Source: Myxococcota bacterium (GTDB lineage: Bacteria; Myxococcota_A; UBA796; CAJQPC01). From it: a stretch of DNA of 64,000 nucleotides. Shown one piece after another: positions 45,529 through 59,476 of this stretch. Under the pieces are notes generated by a model that saw nothing but the letters and a program-made list of their open reading frames with translations, made no database searches and was not told where the DNA came from. Position 1 is the stretch's first letter. The number at the start of each line of letters is the position of its first letter. The position numbers and the translations under genes were made by a program. Location of the stretch: positions 720 to 64,719 of the forward strand of contig DASCPX010000147.1 in assembly GCA_036012755.1 (NCBI GenBank), written 5' to 3'.

Positions 45529-47802
45529 TTAGGTCTTCCTGCGCCTCAGCTCGGCCAGCAGAAGCGTCCGCGCTGGGTGGGCGTGGACTCCGGAGAGCGT
45601 GTCCTCCGTGGAGACGCGGGCCACCTGGAGGGACTCTGCCAGCCGCTCCGGGGTGAAGGGCTTGCTGAGGTAGTCGTCCATGCCGGCCTCGATGCAGGCC
45701 TCTCGGTCGCCGCGCAGAGCGTTCGCGGTCATCGCGATGACGTAGATGTCCCGGTTCCACGTGCGGAGCCTGCGAGTCGCCTCGAGGCCGTCCATCACCG
45801 GCATCTGGACGTCCATCAGTACGATGTCGAAGGCCTCTTTCGCGATGGCTTCCAGGGCCTGCTCGCCGTCCTCGACGACCACGGCGTCGTAGCCGAGGCG
45901 CCGAAGGAAGAGCACCGCGACCTTCTGGTTGACCGGGTTGTCCTCTGCCAACAGGATGCGGCGGCGGCTGGGCTCGGGGAAGAGCACGCAGCCGAGGTCG
46001 ATGGGCTGTATCTCTGCGGCGCGGGCGGTCCCGGCGCGGATCCTGACGTGGAAGGTCGAGCCTCTGCCCTCTACCGACTGGGCCGAGATGCCCCCGCCCA
46101 TCCGCTCCGCCAGGCGCTTGCTGATCGCCAGACCGAGGCCGCTGCCGCCGAAGCGTCGCGTGACGGAGGAGTCGAGCTGCGAGAAGCTCTCGAAGAGCCG
46201 ATCCATGCGGTCGTGGGGGATGCCGATGCCCGTGTCCTCGACCGCGAAGTCGAGCCACCAGCCATCGCGCCCGCGGGGCTCGGCTCGGACGCGCAGCTCG
46301 ACGTAGCCCTCTGGGGTGAACTTCACGGCGTTCGAGACGAGGTTCATGAGGATCTGGCGCAGGCGGATCGGGTCCGCGAAGGCCCTCCGAGGCACCCCCG
46401 GATCTATCCAGGCCCGCAAGCCCAGGTCCTTCTTGTCCGCGTTCGGTTGGCAGAGGTCGACGACCTCCTGGATCGAGGCGCGGACATCGAAGCTCTCGTC
46501 CTGGATCTCGATGCGGCCAGCCTCGATCTTCGAGAAGTCGAGGATGTCGTTGATGATGTCGAGCAGGGTCTGGCCCGAGAGCTTGATCGTGTCGACGTAG
46601 TCACGCTGGTCCGTGGACAGGCGCGTGTCTCGCAGCACCTCGGTCATCCCGATGACGCCGTTCATCGGCGTGCGGATCTCGTGGGACATTGTCGCGAGGA
46701 AGGCCGACTTGGCCCGAGTGGCGGCCTCTGCCGTGTCCTTGGCCTTGCGCAGCTCCTTCTCGGTGCGCTTGCGGACCGTGATGTCGCGCATCATTGCGAC
46801 CAGCCCCATGACCTGGTCGCGGTCGTCCCGGACCGGCGCGATCGAGAGCAGGACGGGCACGCTGGCTCCTTCGCGCGTCAACAGGGCGCCCTCGGTGAGG
46901 GTGTCGTGCCCGCGGCGCCAGCGCATGTCGAAGCCCCCGGGCCAGCTCATGGACCGGTCCCAGAGCACGCCGAGGTCGCGGCCCTCGAGATCGCCCGCCG
47001 GGTAGCCCGTGAGCCGGCAGAGGGCGGGATTGGCGAGGCGGATGATGCCGCGGGGATCGGTGATGGCGAGGGCCTCGTTCAGACAGCGGATGACCTGGCG
47101 CGACCCGGCCAGCGGCGTGATCGCCTCGTGGCGCGTCGCGCCGTAGGCCAGGAGCAGGGTCGCCGGGATGACGCAGGCGGGGGCCAGGAACAGCGGGGTC
47201 TCCGGGGCGCCGAACAGCCGCGGGAGGACCTCGAGCGACAGGGTGACCACCGGTGGGAGCACCAGCCCGACGAGGACCCAGAGGTGGCGCCCTCGCCGCC
47301 CTCGCTCGTGGCCGAGGACCCAGTGGACCGCGAGCCCCGCGGACCCCATGACCACGAGCGCGGAACAGAACAGCAGGACCTCGCCGACTGTCGCCATGTG
47401 GCCGAGTTCCACGACGAAGCCGGTCTCGGCGGGGACCACGTGGCGCAGATCGCCGAAGACCATGATCGCCGCCATCGTGGCGGCAGCGCTGTAGAGGAGC
47501 GAGGCCCCGTGCCCGCTCATTCGGCGCCCTGTCCACACCCACACGAAGTGGAGGCCGGCAGCGGCGAGGATGAAGTGGGAAGACAGCACGTCCAGCCAGA
47601 GGCTCGCCTCCTCGATGCTCCCGGCGCTTCGGAGGCCGTACGTGGCCAGTAGGAGGAGGCCGCGGATGGCCACCACGGCGGCCGCGAGGCGGTTCAGCGC
47701 GTGCCTGTCGTAGGCCCAGAGGCCGGCGGCGACCGCCACGTGCAGGAAGGCCCCGAACAGTGGGAGCCACAGCAGGTGAAAGTCCGCCATCGTCGGCGTC
47801 AT
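45529..47802 (-). CDS. hybrid sensor histidine kinase (multi-TM sensor, PAS, HisKA, HATPase, receiver)
   Basis: FLATMSHEIRTPMNG, NLVSNAVKFT, DTGIG, GSGLGL, LMDVQMP. Confidence 0.95.
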   Translation of the reverse strand: MTPTMADFHLLWLPLFGAFLHVAVAAGLWAYDRHALNRLAAAVVAIRGLLLLATYGLRSAGSIEEASLWLDVLSSHFILAAAGLHFVWVWTGRRMSGHGASLLYSAAATMAAIMVFGDLRHVVPAETGFVVELGHMATVGEVLLFCSALVVMGSAGLAVHWVLGHERGRRGRHLWVLVGLVLPPVVTLSLEVLPRLFGAPETPLFLAPACVIPATLLLAYGATRHEAITPLAGSRQVIRCLNEALAITDPRGIIRLANPALCRLTGYPAGDLEGRDLGVLWDRSMSWPGGFDMRWRRGHDTLTEGALLTREGASVPVLLSIAPVRDDRDQVMGLVAMMRDITVRKRTEKELRKAKDTAEAATRAKSAFLATMSHEIRTPMNGVIGMTEVLRDTRLSTDQRDYVDTIKLSGQTLLDIINDILDFSKIEAGRIEIQDESFDVRASIQEVVDLCQPNADKKDLGLRAWIDPGVPRRAFADPIRLRQILMNLVSNAVKFTPEGYVELRVRAEPRGRDGWWLDFAVEDTGIGIPHDRMDRLFESFSQLDSSVTRRFGGSGLGLAISKRLAERMGGGISAQSVEGRGSTFHVRIRAGTARAAEIQPIDLGCVLFPEPSRRRILLAEDNPVNQKVAVLFLRRLGYDAVVVEDGEQALEAIAKEAFDIVLMDVQMPVMDGLEATRRLRTWNRDIYVIAMTANALRGDREACIEAGMDDYLSKPFTPERLAESLQVARVSTEDTLSGVHAHPARTLLLAELRRRKT

Positions 47803-47833
47803 CGGCCGCGCGCGCGCGGGCTTTAGGGCTTTT

Positions 47834-51465
<3,632 letters not shown>

Positions 51466-51503
51466 ACGGCTCCTTCTATCGCACTGGATGCCACAATCCG
51501 CAG

Positions 51504-53021
51504 GTGCGTCGCAGCTATCGAGCCGTCGTTGGCCTCTTCCGTCTCGTCGTGCGGATGTTCTTCCGCCGCGTCGAGGTCATCGGGCTCGAGCACCTGCCTG
51601 CAGACGGCGGCGGCATCCTGGTGTCCTGGCACCCCAACGGGATGGTGGACCCGGGGCTGATCATCACGCACTTCCCCATGCAGGTCGTCTTCGGCGCCCG
51701 GCACGGACTCTTCAGGGTTCCGGGGCTCGGCTTGCTCATGCGTCTCATCGGGACCGTCCCGGTCTACCGGGCCGTCGATCAGGGCGTCGTCGATCCCGAG
51801 GTCCGTCGAGAAGCCAACCTCCGAAGCCTCGACGCCCTGGCCAACGAGGTCGCGGGGGGCTCCTTCAGCTGCCTCTTCCCAGAAGGGGACAGCCACGACA
51901 ACCCCAACCTGCTCGCGCTCAAGACCGGCGCTGCTCGGTTCTACTACCGCGCTCGACAGCTCAGTCCCCAGGGCGCGAAGCCTCCGGTCATCATCCCCGT
52001 CGGGCTCCACTACGACGAGAAGCGCGCCTTCCGCAGCAGCGCCCTGGTGGCCTTCCATCCGCCCATCCAGCTCACAGCGGATCTGGACATCTCTCCGGTC
52101 GAGGACGAGGACCCCGATCTCGCCCGCAGCCGCAGCCGCAAGCTCACCGACGAGATCAACCGCGTCCTGCGCGAGGTGGTGCACGCCACCGAGAGCTGGG
52201 AGCTCCACCACCTCATGCACCGGGCGCGGAAGCTGGTCCGAGCGGAGAGGGCCCTGCGAGCCGGAGAGGTCGACCTCGGGCCCACGAAGATGGAGGAGCG
52301 CATCCTCGGCTTCGCTCGGGTGTGGGCTGGCTACTACCAGCGACTCCAGACCCACCCGGAGCACGTCAACGAGGTCGTCGACCGGGTCCGCGAGTACAAC
52401 AGCGACCTCCGCGCCCTCGGGCTGGAGGACCACGAGCTGGACCGCGACCCACGGCTGGCCTCGCCCTGGCTCTACGGCATCCTGGTGCTGCAGATCCTGC
52501 TGGTCTTCTTCCTGATGCCGCCTGTGTTGTTGCTGGGCTACCTCGTCAACGGCCCTACGGCGCTCTTGGTCTGGGGGGCGTCCAAGTACTTCAAGAAGCG
52601 CAGGAAGGACGAGGCCACGATCAAGGCGCTGCTCGGGTCCCTCGCCTTCCCGATCACCTGGATCGGCATCGGGATCCTCGCCGCGCGAGCCCACGTGCTG
52701 CTGCACACGCTCTTCCCCAACATGCCGGAGGGGGCGGTGATGACGGGCATCGCGTCCACGGCGCTGGCGATCCTCGGTGGCGCCATCGCGCTGCGCTATC
52801 TGCGGGTCGCGCAGGAGACCATGCGCTCGGTCCGGGTCAGGCTGACCCGGGCTCGACGCAGCGCAGCCATCCGTCGCCTGAAGCTGGAGCGAGCAGAGCT
52901 CCACGACCTCATCATCGGCCTCGCAGAGGACCTGGAGCTTCCAGGCGAGGTCGGGCCTGCCGGAAGGGTTCGGCTACCAGCGCAGCCTGGCGGTACCGGC
53001 GACGAGGTCGTGCCGTCCTGA
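51504..53021 (+). CDS. membrane lysophospholipid/glycerol acyltransferase (PlsC-like)
   Basis: HPNGMVD (HX4D-type), PVYR, FPEG, LKTGAAR, C-terminal TM segments. Confidence 0.85.
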   Translation: MRRSYRAVVGLFRLVVRMFFRRVEVIGLEHLPADGGGILVSWHPNGMVDPGLIITHFPMQVVFGARHGLFRVPGLGLLMRLIGTVPVYRAVDQGVVDPEVRREANLRSLDALANEVAGGSFSCLFPEGDSHDNPNLLALKTGAARFYYRARQLSPQGAKPPVIIPVGLHYDEKRAFRSSALVAFHPPIQLTADLDISPVEDEDPDLARSRSRKLTDEINRVLREVVHATESWELHHLMHRARKLVRAERALRAGEVDLGPTKMEERILGFARVWAGYYQRLQTHPEHVNEVVDRVREYNSDLRALGLEDHELDRDPRLASPWLYGILVLQILLVFFLMPPVLLLGYLVNGPTALLVWGASKYFKKRRKDEATIKALLGSLAFPITWIGIGILAARAHVLLHTLFPNMPEGAVMTGIASTALAILGGAIALRYLRVAQETMRSVRVRLTRARRSAAIRRLKLERAELHDLIIGLAEDLELPGEVGPAGRVRLPAQPGGTGDEVVPS

Positions 53022-54446
53022 GCCGAGGTCCTCGCTCGCGAAGTAGTGGCCGCCCTGGAGCAGGAACTCGGGGTGCATGCCGTCGCGCTCGCCGGAGAGC
53101 AGGATGGCCCAGTCGATCTCCCACCCCATCCAGACCTCGGACGTGGGCTGCCCGAGGTGGTTGGTAGGCACTCCGCCCGCCCGGTGGCTCTCGAAGGGCT
53201 GGGCGATGGGGGCGGTCTGCCAGGCGCTGGTCAGGCCCAGGCGGATGCTGCCCCAGGGCTTCGGGTGCACCGTCAGCGCGGGCTGCACGAACGTGGCGCG
53301 CTTGAAGGCTCCCTCGCTCAGCAGGGCTTCGATGCCATCCGGCGGCTTGCCCGTGTTGTGCGGGTCCGTGAGCTGGAGGTACGCCCCGTTCTCCAGGCCA
53401 CCCTGGAACTCGTCGAACATCACCATGCCGACATCGAAGTTCCGGTCGAAGCCGAAGTCGTTGGTCTGCTCGTCGTAGGGGTCGCCGTCGCCGCTGGCCC
53501 AGCCGCTGCGCAGCTGGAGCTCGAAGAAGTCGGCATCCGCCGCGACCACGCCGGTCGCACCAGCGCTTCGAACGAGGAGCTGCTCCCGCGCGTTGTAGCT
53601 GAGGCTCCGCGAGGTCTGGCCGAGCACGCCCGCAGCCTCGCCCGCGACGCGCAGGTCGATCGGCCCCACCGGCATCACGTGTGCGCCGGTCACGTCGAGG
53701 ACACCGACCTGCGTCCGGCGGCGAGGGTCCAGCTCGCGCTGGCTCCGGTACACCGTGTAGACGCCTGCGTGGGTCGCGTCGCGGTCCCCGAGCACCGCCG
53801 CGAGGGTGCCCTGGTAGGCGGCCTGCCCCTCGTCGAAGCGGGCGAGGTCGTCAGCCAGGACCCGGTCACCTGCCACGAAGAGCACCAGCGGCGCTGGAGC
53901 CAGCGGAAGACGGGTCGCGGCGCTCACACGGAAGACCCGATCACCGAGGTCGTTGCGGCCAAAGGTCGGATCCTGCGCGCCGTCGTTGGACAGCATGCCG
54001 AGGCCCCAGTGCGAGGTCGTGAAGCCTGCGGTGAGCATGGCCGGACCCATGAGGCCGGAGACCTTGGCCTGTCTGAGGGTGAAGGCATCCGGCGTCATCA
54101 CGCCCTTGTCCGCCCGGCGCCGCTCGTCATCGGGGGACAGGCCCCACACGTCACCGGCGATCTGCGCGTCGAGCAGGTCGAGCTCGACGTCCAGGGTCGA
54201 GCCGCCCATGGCCATCGAGCCGCCCATGCGCAGGCGCGAGTCGAGGACGGGGCCCTGATCCACCATCGTGCCGTCGGAGTCGACGGCGAAGTCCGGATAG
54301 GCGCTGCCGACGAAGCGGAGCTCTCCGTGGTGCTCGAAGGTGGCGTCGCGTGACTCGAGCTCGACCTCGGCCTCCGTGACCTCTGGGGTCTCCTCGGCGG
54401 GGGGCTGGGGGGGCTCCTGCGCGAAGGCAGTGGCGAGGAAGAACAT
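52974..54446 (-). CDS. outer-membrane beta-barrel protein (alginate-export-like)
   Basis: MFFLATAFA|QE signal, SHWGLGML, GWASGD, GWEID, terminal RLRW. Confidence 0.75.
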   Translation of the reverse strand: MFFLATAFAQEPPQPPAEETPEVTEAEVELESRDATFEHHGELRFVGSAYPDFAVDSDGTMVDQGPVLDSRLRMGGSMAMGGSTLDVELDLLDAQIAGDVWGLSPDDERRRADKGVMTPDAFTLRQAKVSGLMGPAMLTAGFTTSHWGLGMLSNDGAQDPTFGRNDLGDRVFRVSAATRLPLAPAPLVLFVAGDRVLADDLARFDEGQAAYQGTLAAVLGDRDATHAGVYTVYRSQRELDPRRRTQVGVLDVTGAHVMPVGPIDLRVAGEAAGVLGQTSRSLSYNAREQLLVRSAGATGVVAADADFFELQLRSGWASGDGDPYDEQTNDFGFDRNFDVGMVMFDEFQGGLENGAYLQLTDPHNTGKPPDGIEALLSEGAFKRATFVQPALTVHPKPWGSIRLGLTSAWQTAPIAQPFESHRAGGVPTNHLGQPTSEVWMGWEIDWAILLSGERDGMHPEFLLQGGHYFASEDLGSGRHDLVAGTARLRW

Positions 54447-57355
54447 CACTCCTCCTCGGGCAGCTGGGGGATCCAGTCGCAGGAGGCGTCCTGGAGGCAG
54501 ACGTCGTCGACCAGGTCCTGACCGCCGCTGGTCAGGTAGGTCCCGATCTGGAAGACCGAGTAGGTCGAGCTGTCGAAGGGTCGATCGGGCTCCGGGAGGC
54601 CGAAGGCGTGGGTGCCTCCGCTGCGGTGGTAGGGCAGCCGGAGACCAGAGACCCCCGAGGAGGTCTCGATGGTGATTCGCAGGGGCTCTTCGCTGGGGGC
54701 GTCGTATTCGTCCGTGCCCTCGTCGAGGTCGTCCGGGTCGAAGAGGATCGGGCTCCCCTCGTCGTTGGTGTAGGGGCCCCACTCTTCGAGTCCCTGGACG
54801 ACGTGGCGGTCGATCAGGAACTGGTCCTGGCTGACGCCGTAGCGCTCGTCGATCTCGTGACGCTCGATGTACCCGGCCACCCGGGCGTGAGCGATGCCGG
54901 TGGCGACGGGGACGATCTCGTCGCCGATCGATGGCATCACCAGCACGTTGATGGGATCGTCGTCGAGGCGCCCCGTCAGGTAGTAGGGGGCGTAGGCCAC
55001 CGGGTCGCCGGCCTCGAGGATGGCCCCGAAGGTCATCGCCAGGCGGCGCAGCTCTGGCGTCCCGCGGATGTGGCCGAAGCCCGTGTTCCCGGCCACGAGC
55101 GGAGTGCCCGCCTCGTAGCTGTGGCCCTCGTGCTCGATGGTGGTCTCCCAGGTGTCCATCACCGCGATCTCGTCCCCGTCTGCGTCGTAGAAGGTGAGGA
55201 CGAGCTGGTCTCCGATGTTGTCCTCGTCGACCAGGGTCTTCTCCAGACCGTCCGCGGCGTCGGCGCCGATGCTGAGCCTGAAGGTCCCGTCGGCGGGGAT
55301 CCAGCCCTCCTTGACGACCCCCGTGTCGAGGTTCTCGGCGACGATGCGGCCGCCCGCGGGCACGCTGGGCAGGGTGCCCACGAAGAGCGAGTCGAGGTCC
55401 GTGACGGAGTTCACGAGCTGGTAGACCTGCAGGCTCCCGTCTTCTTGTGGGTAGCCGACGAACATCGGGGTCACGAGCCGGCCGAACATGGCCTCCACGG
55501 CCCCGCCGATCTCGGTCCGCATGCCCACATCGAGCAGGCCGGCACCAGGCACGACAGCGGCGAATGCGTCGACATCCGGCATGACGCCTGCGGCGACGCC
55601 GGTGTTGATGCCGCCGAGGCTGCCGCCGAAGACAGAGAGCCCGGAGTCCGCGGAGATGTCCGGGGTTCCGTCGTCGTCCCAGTCGCAGGAGATGAGGTCC
55701 CCGTCGTCGGTCGTCATGGTCCCGGAGCCGCAGTCCTCGAGGGCCTGGCCGAGCCAGATCCAGTCCAGGATCGCCTGGCGGACCATGTCGCGGGTGTGGA
55801 AGGCGTCGGCGGACCACTGGTCCCCTCCGCTGTCGGGCACCCCGTCGTTGTCGAGGTCTCGGGCGCGGTGCTCGTTGAGGTGGAACCAGAGCGCCTCCAT
55901 GCCCTTGGAGCGCAGCACGCCCTCGACGAGGATCTCCTCCTCCTCTCCCAGGCCGATGCCGTGTCCGGGCCAGTCCATCGAGCAGGCCGCGTAGCCGAGA
56001 CGGGTCACGGCGTGGCCGAAGCCCAGGAACTCGAGGCGGTTGCTGCCGTAGCCGTGGCCGTAGAGGGCGATGGGGTAGGGCTGCTCGCCCTCCTTGGGCA
56101 GGATGCAGGTGAAGGTGACCTCCTGGGTCCCCATCACGATCGAGCCGGTAGAAGGATCGAGCTGCCACCACTCGTCGCTGTCGTCGTCGCCGTCGCGGTC
56201 GACGAGCAGATACGGCGTCGTGAAGGTGCCGCCGACCATGACCGAGGCGAAGGCTTCGTAGCTGTCGAAGATGGGGGCGGCCTCTTCGGGGTCGATCAGG
56301 CCGAGGTCGCCGAGGGCGTCCATGACGATGCTGACGGGCAGGTTGTAGGGATCAGAGCTGTCGTCCCACATCGGGGTGGCCCGGTGGATCTCCGGAGGCA
56401 CCTCGGTGGCCAGCCAGTCGTAGGGCCCGCGGCCTTCGACGGCCTCTGCGAGGTCCACGAGGTCGCCGGTGATGCGGCCCGTGGTGAAGGTCCAGGCGAA
56501 GTTCACGTCGCCTACGTCGAGGCCCTCTGGCATGACCTCGTGCAGTGGCATCAGCGCTTGGGTCTGGGAGGTGTGGTTGATGTAGGGCCAGGGCGAGCGG
56601 ACGGGGTTGTGGTCCTCGCCGACGAGCCGCCGGGTGAGCACGACCGCGTAGGTGGTCTCCTCTCTCAAGGGCACGATGGGCCGCAGGATCAGCGTGTTGG
56701 ACTGGCGCTCGTACCAGGTGAGCAGGTCCTCGCGCGCGTCGCCGCCCTCCGGGTAGACGTTGGGGGCGTCCAGCACGCCGTCGTTGTCGGTGTCCTCGCC
56801 CCAGTCCAGCTCTCCGTCGCCGTCGAGATCCTCGTCGAAGGTCTCGAAGACCACGCTGGGCTCGCCGGCCCGGGCGTCGTTCGGGAAGTAGCGGTAGGCG
56901 TCGCAGGCGTCGTAGGGGAAGCGCCCCTCTCCGAGGTCGAGCTCGACGGCCTCGCCGTAGGTCGGGCTTCCGGCGGTGACGTCGATGATGTAGACCGCGT
57001 CGTCGTCGAGGCGCTCGAGCCCGACGCGCTCGTCCCCACCGTGACGATCCCAGATGATGTCGAGGTCCAGGGGCTCCTCGAAGGCCACCGTGATGGGGGC
57101 GTAGACACCCCAGCCGCTCATCTCGTTGAGCTTCTGGCGGGCTTCCGTCTCGGCCTCGAGGTCCGCTCCGGTGGGCACGTTGAGGCGCAAGCCGGTCGGC
57201 GAGCTCGGGTCGGGACGGGTCGCCAGGTCGTTGGGGAAGGGGATCTCCGGGAGGGGCTCCGCGTCCCAGTCGATGAGGACCGCCGGGCCCTCTGTGGCGT
57301 AGGTGCGGCGGAGGCCCTCTGGGGCGGTCGCGCAAGAGAGGATGAGGAGGATCAC
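54446..57355 (-). CDS. large lipoprotein with Ig-like domain and alpha/beta-hydrolase (lipase-like) domain
   Basis: GTGA-coupled MILLILSC; IPFPNDL, YGHGYG, DWPGHG, nucleophile GGSLGG. Confidence 0.85.
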   Translation of the reverse strand: MILLILSCATAPEGLRRTYATEGPAVLIDWDAEPLPEIPFPNDLATRPDPSSPTGLRLNVPTGADLEAETEARQKLNEMSGWGVYAPITVAFEEPLDLDIIWDRHGGDERVGLERLDDDAVYIIDVTAGSPTYGEAVELDLGEGRFPYDACDAYRYFPNDARAGEPSVVFETFDEDLDGDGELDWGEDTDNDGVLDAPNVYPEGGDAREDLLTWYERQSNTLILRPIVPLREETTYAVVLTRRLVGEDHNPVRSPWPYINHTSQTQALMPLHEVMPEGLDVGDVNFAWTFTTGRITGDLVDLAEAVEGRGPYDWLATEVPPEIHRATPMWDDSSDPYNLPVSIVMDALGDLGLIDPEEAAPIFDSYEAFASVMVGGTFTTPYLLVDRDGDDDSDEWWQLDPSTGSIVMGTQEVTFTCILPKEGEQPYPIALYGHGYGSNRLEFLGFGHAVTRLGYAACSMDWPGHGIGLGEEEEILVEGVLRSKGMEALWFHLNEHRARDLDNDGVPDSGGDQWSADAFHTRDMVRQAILDWIWLGQALEDCGSGTMTTDDGDLISCDWDDDGTPDISADSGLSVFGGSLGGINTGVAAGVMPDVDAFAAVVPGAGLLDVGMRTEIGGAVEAMFGRLVTPMFVGYPQEDGSLQVYQLVNSVTDLDSLFVGTLPSVPAGGRIVAENLDTGVVKEGWIPADGTFRLSIGADAADGLEKTLVDEDNIGDQLVLTFYDADGDEIAVMDTWETTIEHEGHSYEAGTPLVAGNTGFGHIRGTPELRRLAMTFGAILEAGDPVAYAPYYLTGRLDDDPINVLVMPSIGDEIVPVATGIAHARVAGYIERHEIDERYGVSQDQFLIDRHVVQGLEEWGPYTNDEGSPILFDPDDLDEGTDEYDAPSEEPLRITIETSSGVSGLRLPYHRSGGTHAFGLPEPDRPFDSSTYSVFQIGTYLTSGGQDLVDDVCLQDASCDWIPQLPEEE

Positions 57356-58095
57356 CAGACCACCGGGTTCGTTGTCGCGCCCCACCAGCCTGGGCCTTGG
57401 GTGCTCGTCTCGAAGGTCTCGGCCGTGTCCGGGTCGACCGCGACGATCGTCCCGTCGGCGGAGAAGCCGAAGAGCTCGTCGTTGGTGAAGCCGAGCCCGA
57501 AGAGGCGCTCCACGCCAATGACACCGACCCACTGGGAGAAGCCGTTGTCCGGGTCGAGGCGCACCAGCTCGTCGCCGTCGTCACCCTCGACGGTCCAGTA
57601 GAGGTAGCCGTCGGGGAGGCCGACCAGGTCCCCGCTGGTGAGGTACTGGCTGGTCGTCAGCACGCTGCCGGAGCAGTCGGACAGGTCGATCTCCTCGATG
57701 ACGTTGTCGCCGCCGGCGAACAGGCGCCCGTCGCTGGAGAAGGCCAGGGCGTACATGACGATGTCGGTGTCGCAGACGTGGGTGAGCTCGGCGGTCTCGG
57801 CGTCGATCGTGTAGATGGCGTCGAAGGTGCCTCCGACCACCAGCCCCTCACGGTCGATGGCGATGTCGGTCATGCCGTCGACGGGGACCCCATCCTCCGA
57901 GAAGTCACCGAGGGTGCTCAACTCCTCTTCGTCGAGGCGGTAGAGGGTGGTCGAGGTGTTCGCGTAGACCGGCGCGTCGGGGAGGGCGAGGTACTCGGCG
58001 TCCTCCGGGTCGCCGATCGGGGCCTGGACATCGGGGTCCTTGCCGTCTACGCCGTACTCGATCATGCAGGCGGGGAGCAGGAGCAGGGCGGTCAT
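57352..58095 (-). CDS. beta-propeller lipoprotein
   Basis: ATGA-coupled MTALLLLPAC; MTDIAID, SGDLVG, LFGLGF, WWGA. Confidence 0.75.
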   Translation of the reverse strand: MTALLLLPACMIEYGVDGKDPDVQAPIGDPEDAEYLALPDAPVYANTSTTLYRLDEEELSTLGDFSEDGVPVDGMTDIAIDREGLVVGGTFDAIYTIDAETAELTHVCDTDIVMYALAFSSDGRLFAGGDNVIEEIDLSDCSGSVLTTSQYLTSGDLVGLPDGYLYWTVEGDDGDELVRLDPDNGFSQWVGVIGVERLFGLGFTNDELFGFSADGTIVAVDPDTAETFETSTQGPGWWGATTNPVVW

Positions 58096-59324
58096 AGGGC
58101 CTCCGGGCCGAGGACGGCGTCGGGCTTGAGCGGCTCGGGGAGGGTGTGGCCGCATGTGGACAGCTCGTTGTGGCCGTCCCAGCCGTCTTCCCAGTCCCAC
58201 GAGAAGTGCATGTGGTGGTGATGGAAGGGCCAGCCGTCGCCATAGGCGAGGTGGTTCCGGATCTTGTTCTTCTGCCCGCTGGTCAGCGTCCCGGCGTCCA
58301 CGAGGTCGTCTGTCGCGTCCAGGACCTGCTCGGCGATGAGCGGGTCGACGCCGATGACCCGGACCTTCTTGGAGTCGAGCAGCATCGCCATGAAGTAGGC
58401 GGTCTTCTCCGTGTCGAGGATGCTCGGATCCGAGGTGCAGAAGTAGCCGTTGTTGGTGCAGACGGCGCGGCCCAGGTTGTCCGATCCGGTCTGGTAGTAG
58501 GCGATGTCGATGTCGTTGCCGTAGACGTGCGTGCCCTCTGGGTGGCGGAGGGTGCCCTCGTCGCGCCCGGGGGTGTCGCCGTCGGTCTGGCTCATGTCCA
58601 TCAGCCCCAGCGGCATCGTGTCCGGCCACGCGAGCTGGACCTCTGCGGCGGCGTGACGCACGACGTAGGCGACCTCGCGTCGGAGGTTCGAGTAGTGGGC
58701 CTCGTGGCTGACGACGTAGCCCTCGTCCACCGAGTTGGCCTGAGGGAACTGCAGGATGCGGTTGCAGGGGCCGGACTCGGAGGTGTCCTCGTAGAGCCCG
58801 TCGCAGTCGAGGTCGTCGTGGAAGTCGTCGACCGTCACCGAGATGTCGTAGGCGGCGACGGCCTTGTGGTAGCCATCCACCGCTATGTAGTGGAGGGCCG
58901 GCTCCTGGCTGTCGTTGTACCAGGCGAGCCGCTCGTACGGCTGGGCCGATGCGGAGTACCAGACGATGTCCTCCTCGTCGGTCGTACGCAGGGCGTCGTC
59001 GAGTGGGCTCTGTGGATCGTCGAGCTCCCACAGGTCGAGGTCGGTCTTGTCCGTGGGGTTGTGGCCCGATCCGCCGATCTGGACCTCGAATGCCAGCCAC
59101 GACATTGGGGGCACCGCGATCGCGTAGACGTCGATGTCTCCCTCGCAGATCCAAAGCCCCGTGTGGCGTGTCCCGTCGGCACCAAGGATCGCCTGAGCCT
59201 GGCCCAGGTCGTTGTCGAGGGCCGCTGTGCAGTCGTCGGTCGGGGGCGGGAGCGCTGTGTCTTCAAGCACTTGCGCCGCTTGGTCCTGGCTGGAACCCGC
59301 ACAGGCGAGAAAGAGTGGGAGCAT
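58092..59324 (-). CDS. lipoprotein with PPC-like domain and MepA-like murein endopeptidase domain
   Basis: MLPLFLAC; DMS...HPEGTHVYGNDIDIAYY and HHHHMH zinc motifs. Confidence 0.72.
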   Translation of the reverse strand: MLPLFLACAGSSQDQAAQVLEDTALPPPTDDCTAALDNDLGQAQAILGADGTRHTGLWICEGDIDVYAIAVPPMSWLAFEVQIGGSGHNPTDKTDLDLWELDDPQSPLDDALRTTDEEDIVWYSASAQPYERLAWYNDSQEPALHYIAVDGYHKAVAAYDISVTVDDFHDDLDCDGLYEDTSESGPCNRILQFPQANSVDEGYVVSHEAHYSNLRREVAYVVRHAAAEVQLAWPDTMPLGLMDMSQTDGDTPGRDEGTLRHPEGTHVYGNDIDIAYYQTGSDNLGRAVCTNNGYFCTSDPSILDTEKTAYFMAMLLDSKKVRVIGVDPLIAEQVLDATDDLVDAGTLTSGQKNKIRNHLAYGDGWPFHHHHMHFSWDWEDGWDGHNELSTCGHTLPEPLKPDAVLGPEAL

Positions 59325-59476
59325 CCTGTCCAATCTCCGAGAAGCCGTGGCTCCTAACGGGTCTGGAGGACAGTTGGCGAAATGGTGTTACGGTTCGCGT
59401 CCTGTTGCTGTTGAGGGCACCCGTCGGCCCCTGCTGAAGCTGAAACAAACGTCATCTCTCTGGAGAGAATCCTCAC

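Noticed and set aside
59340-59476. Sigma-54 promoter in the intergenic region
   Set aside because: TGGC is present but there is no correctly spaced TTGC
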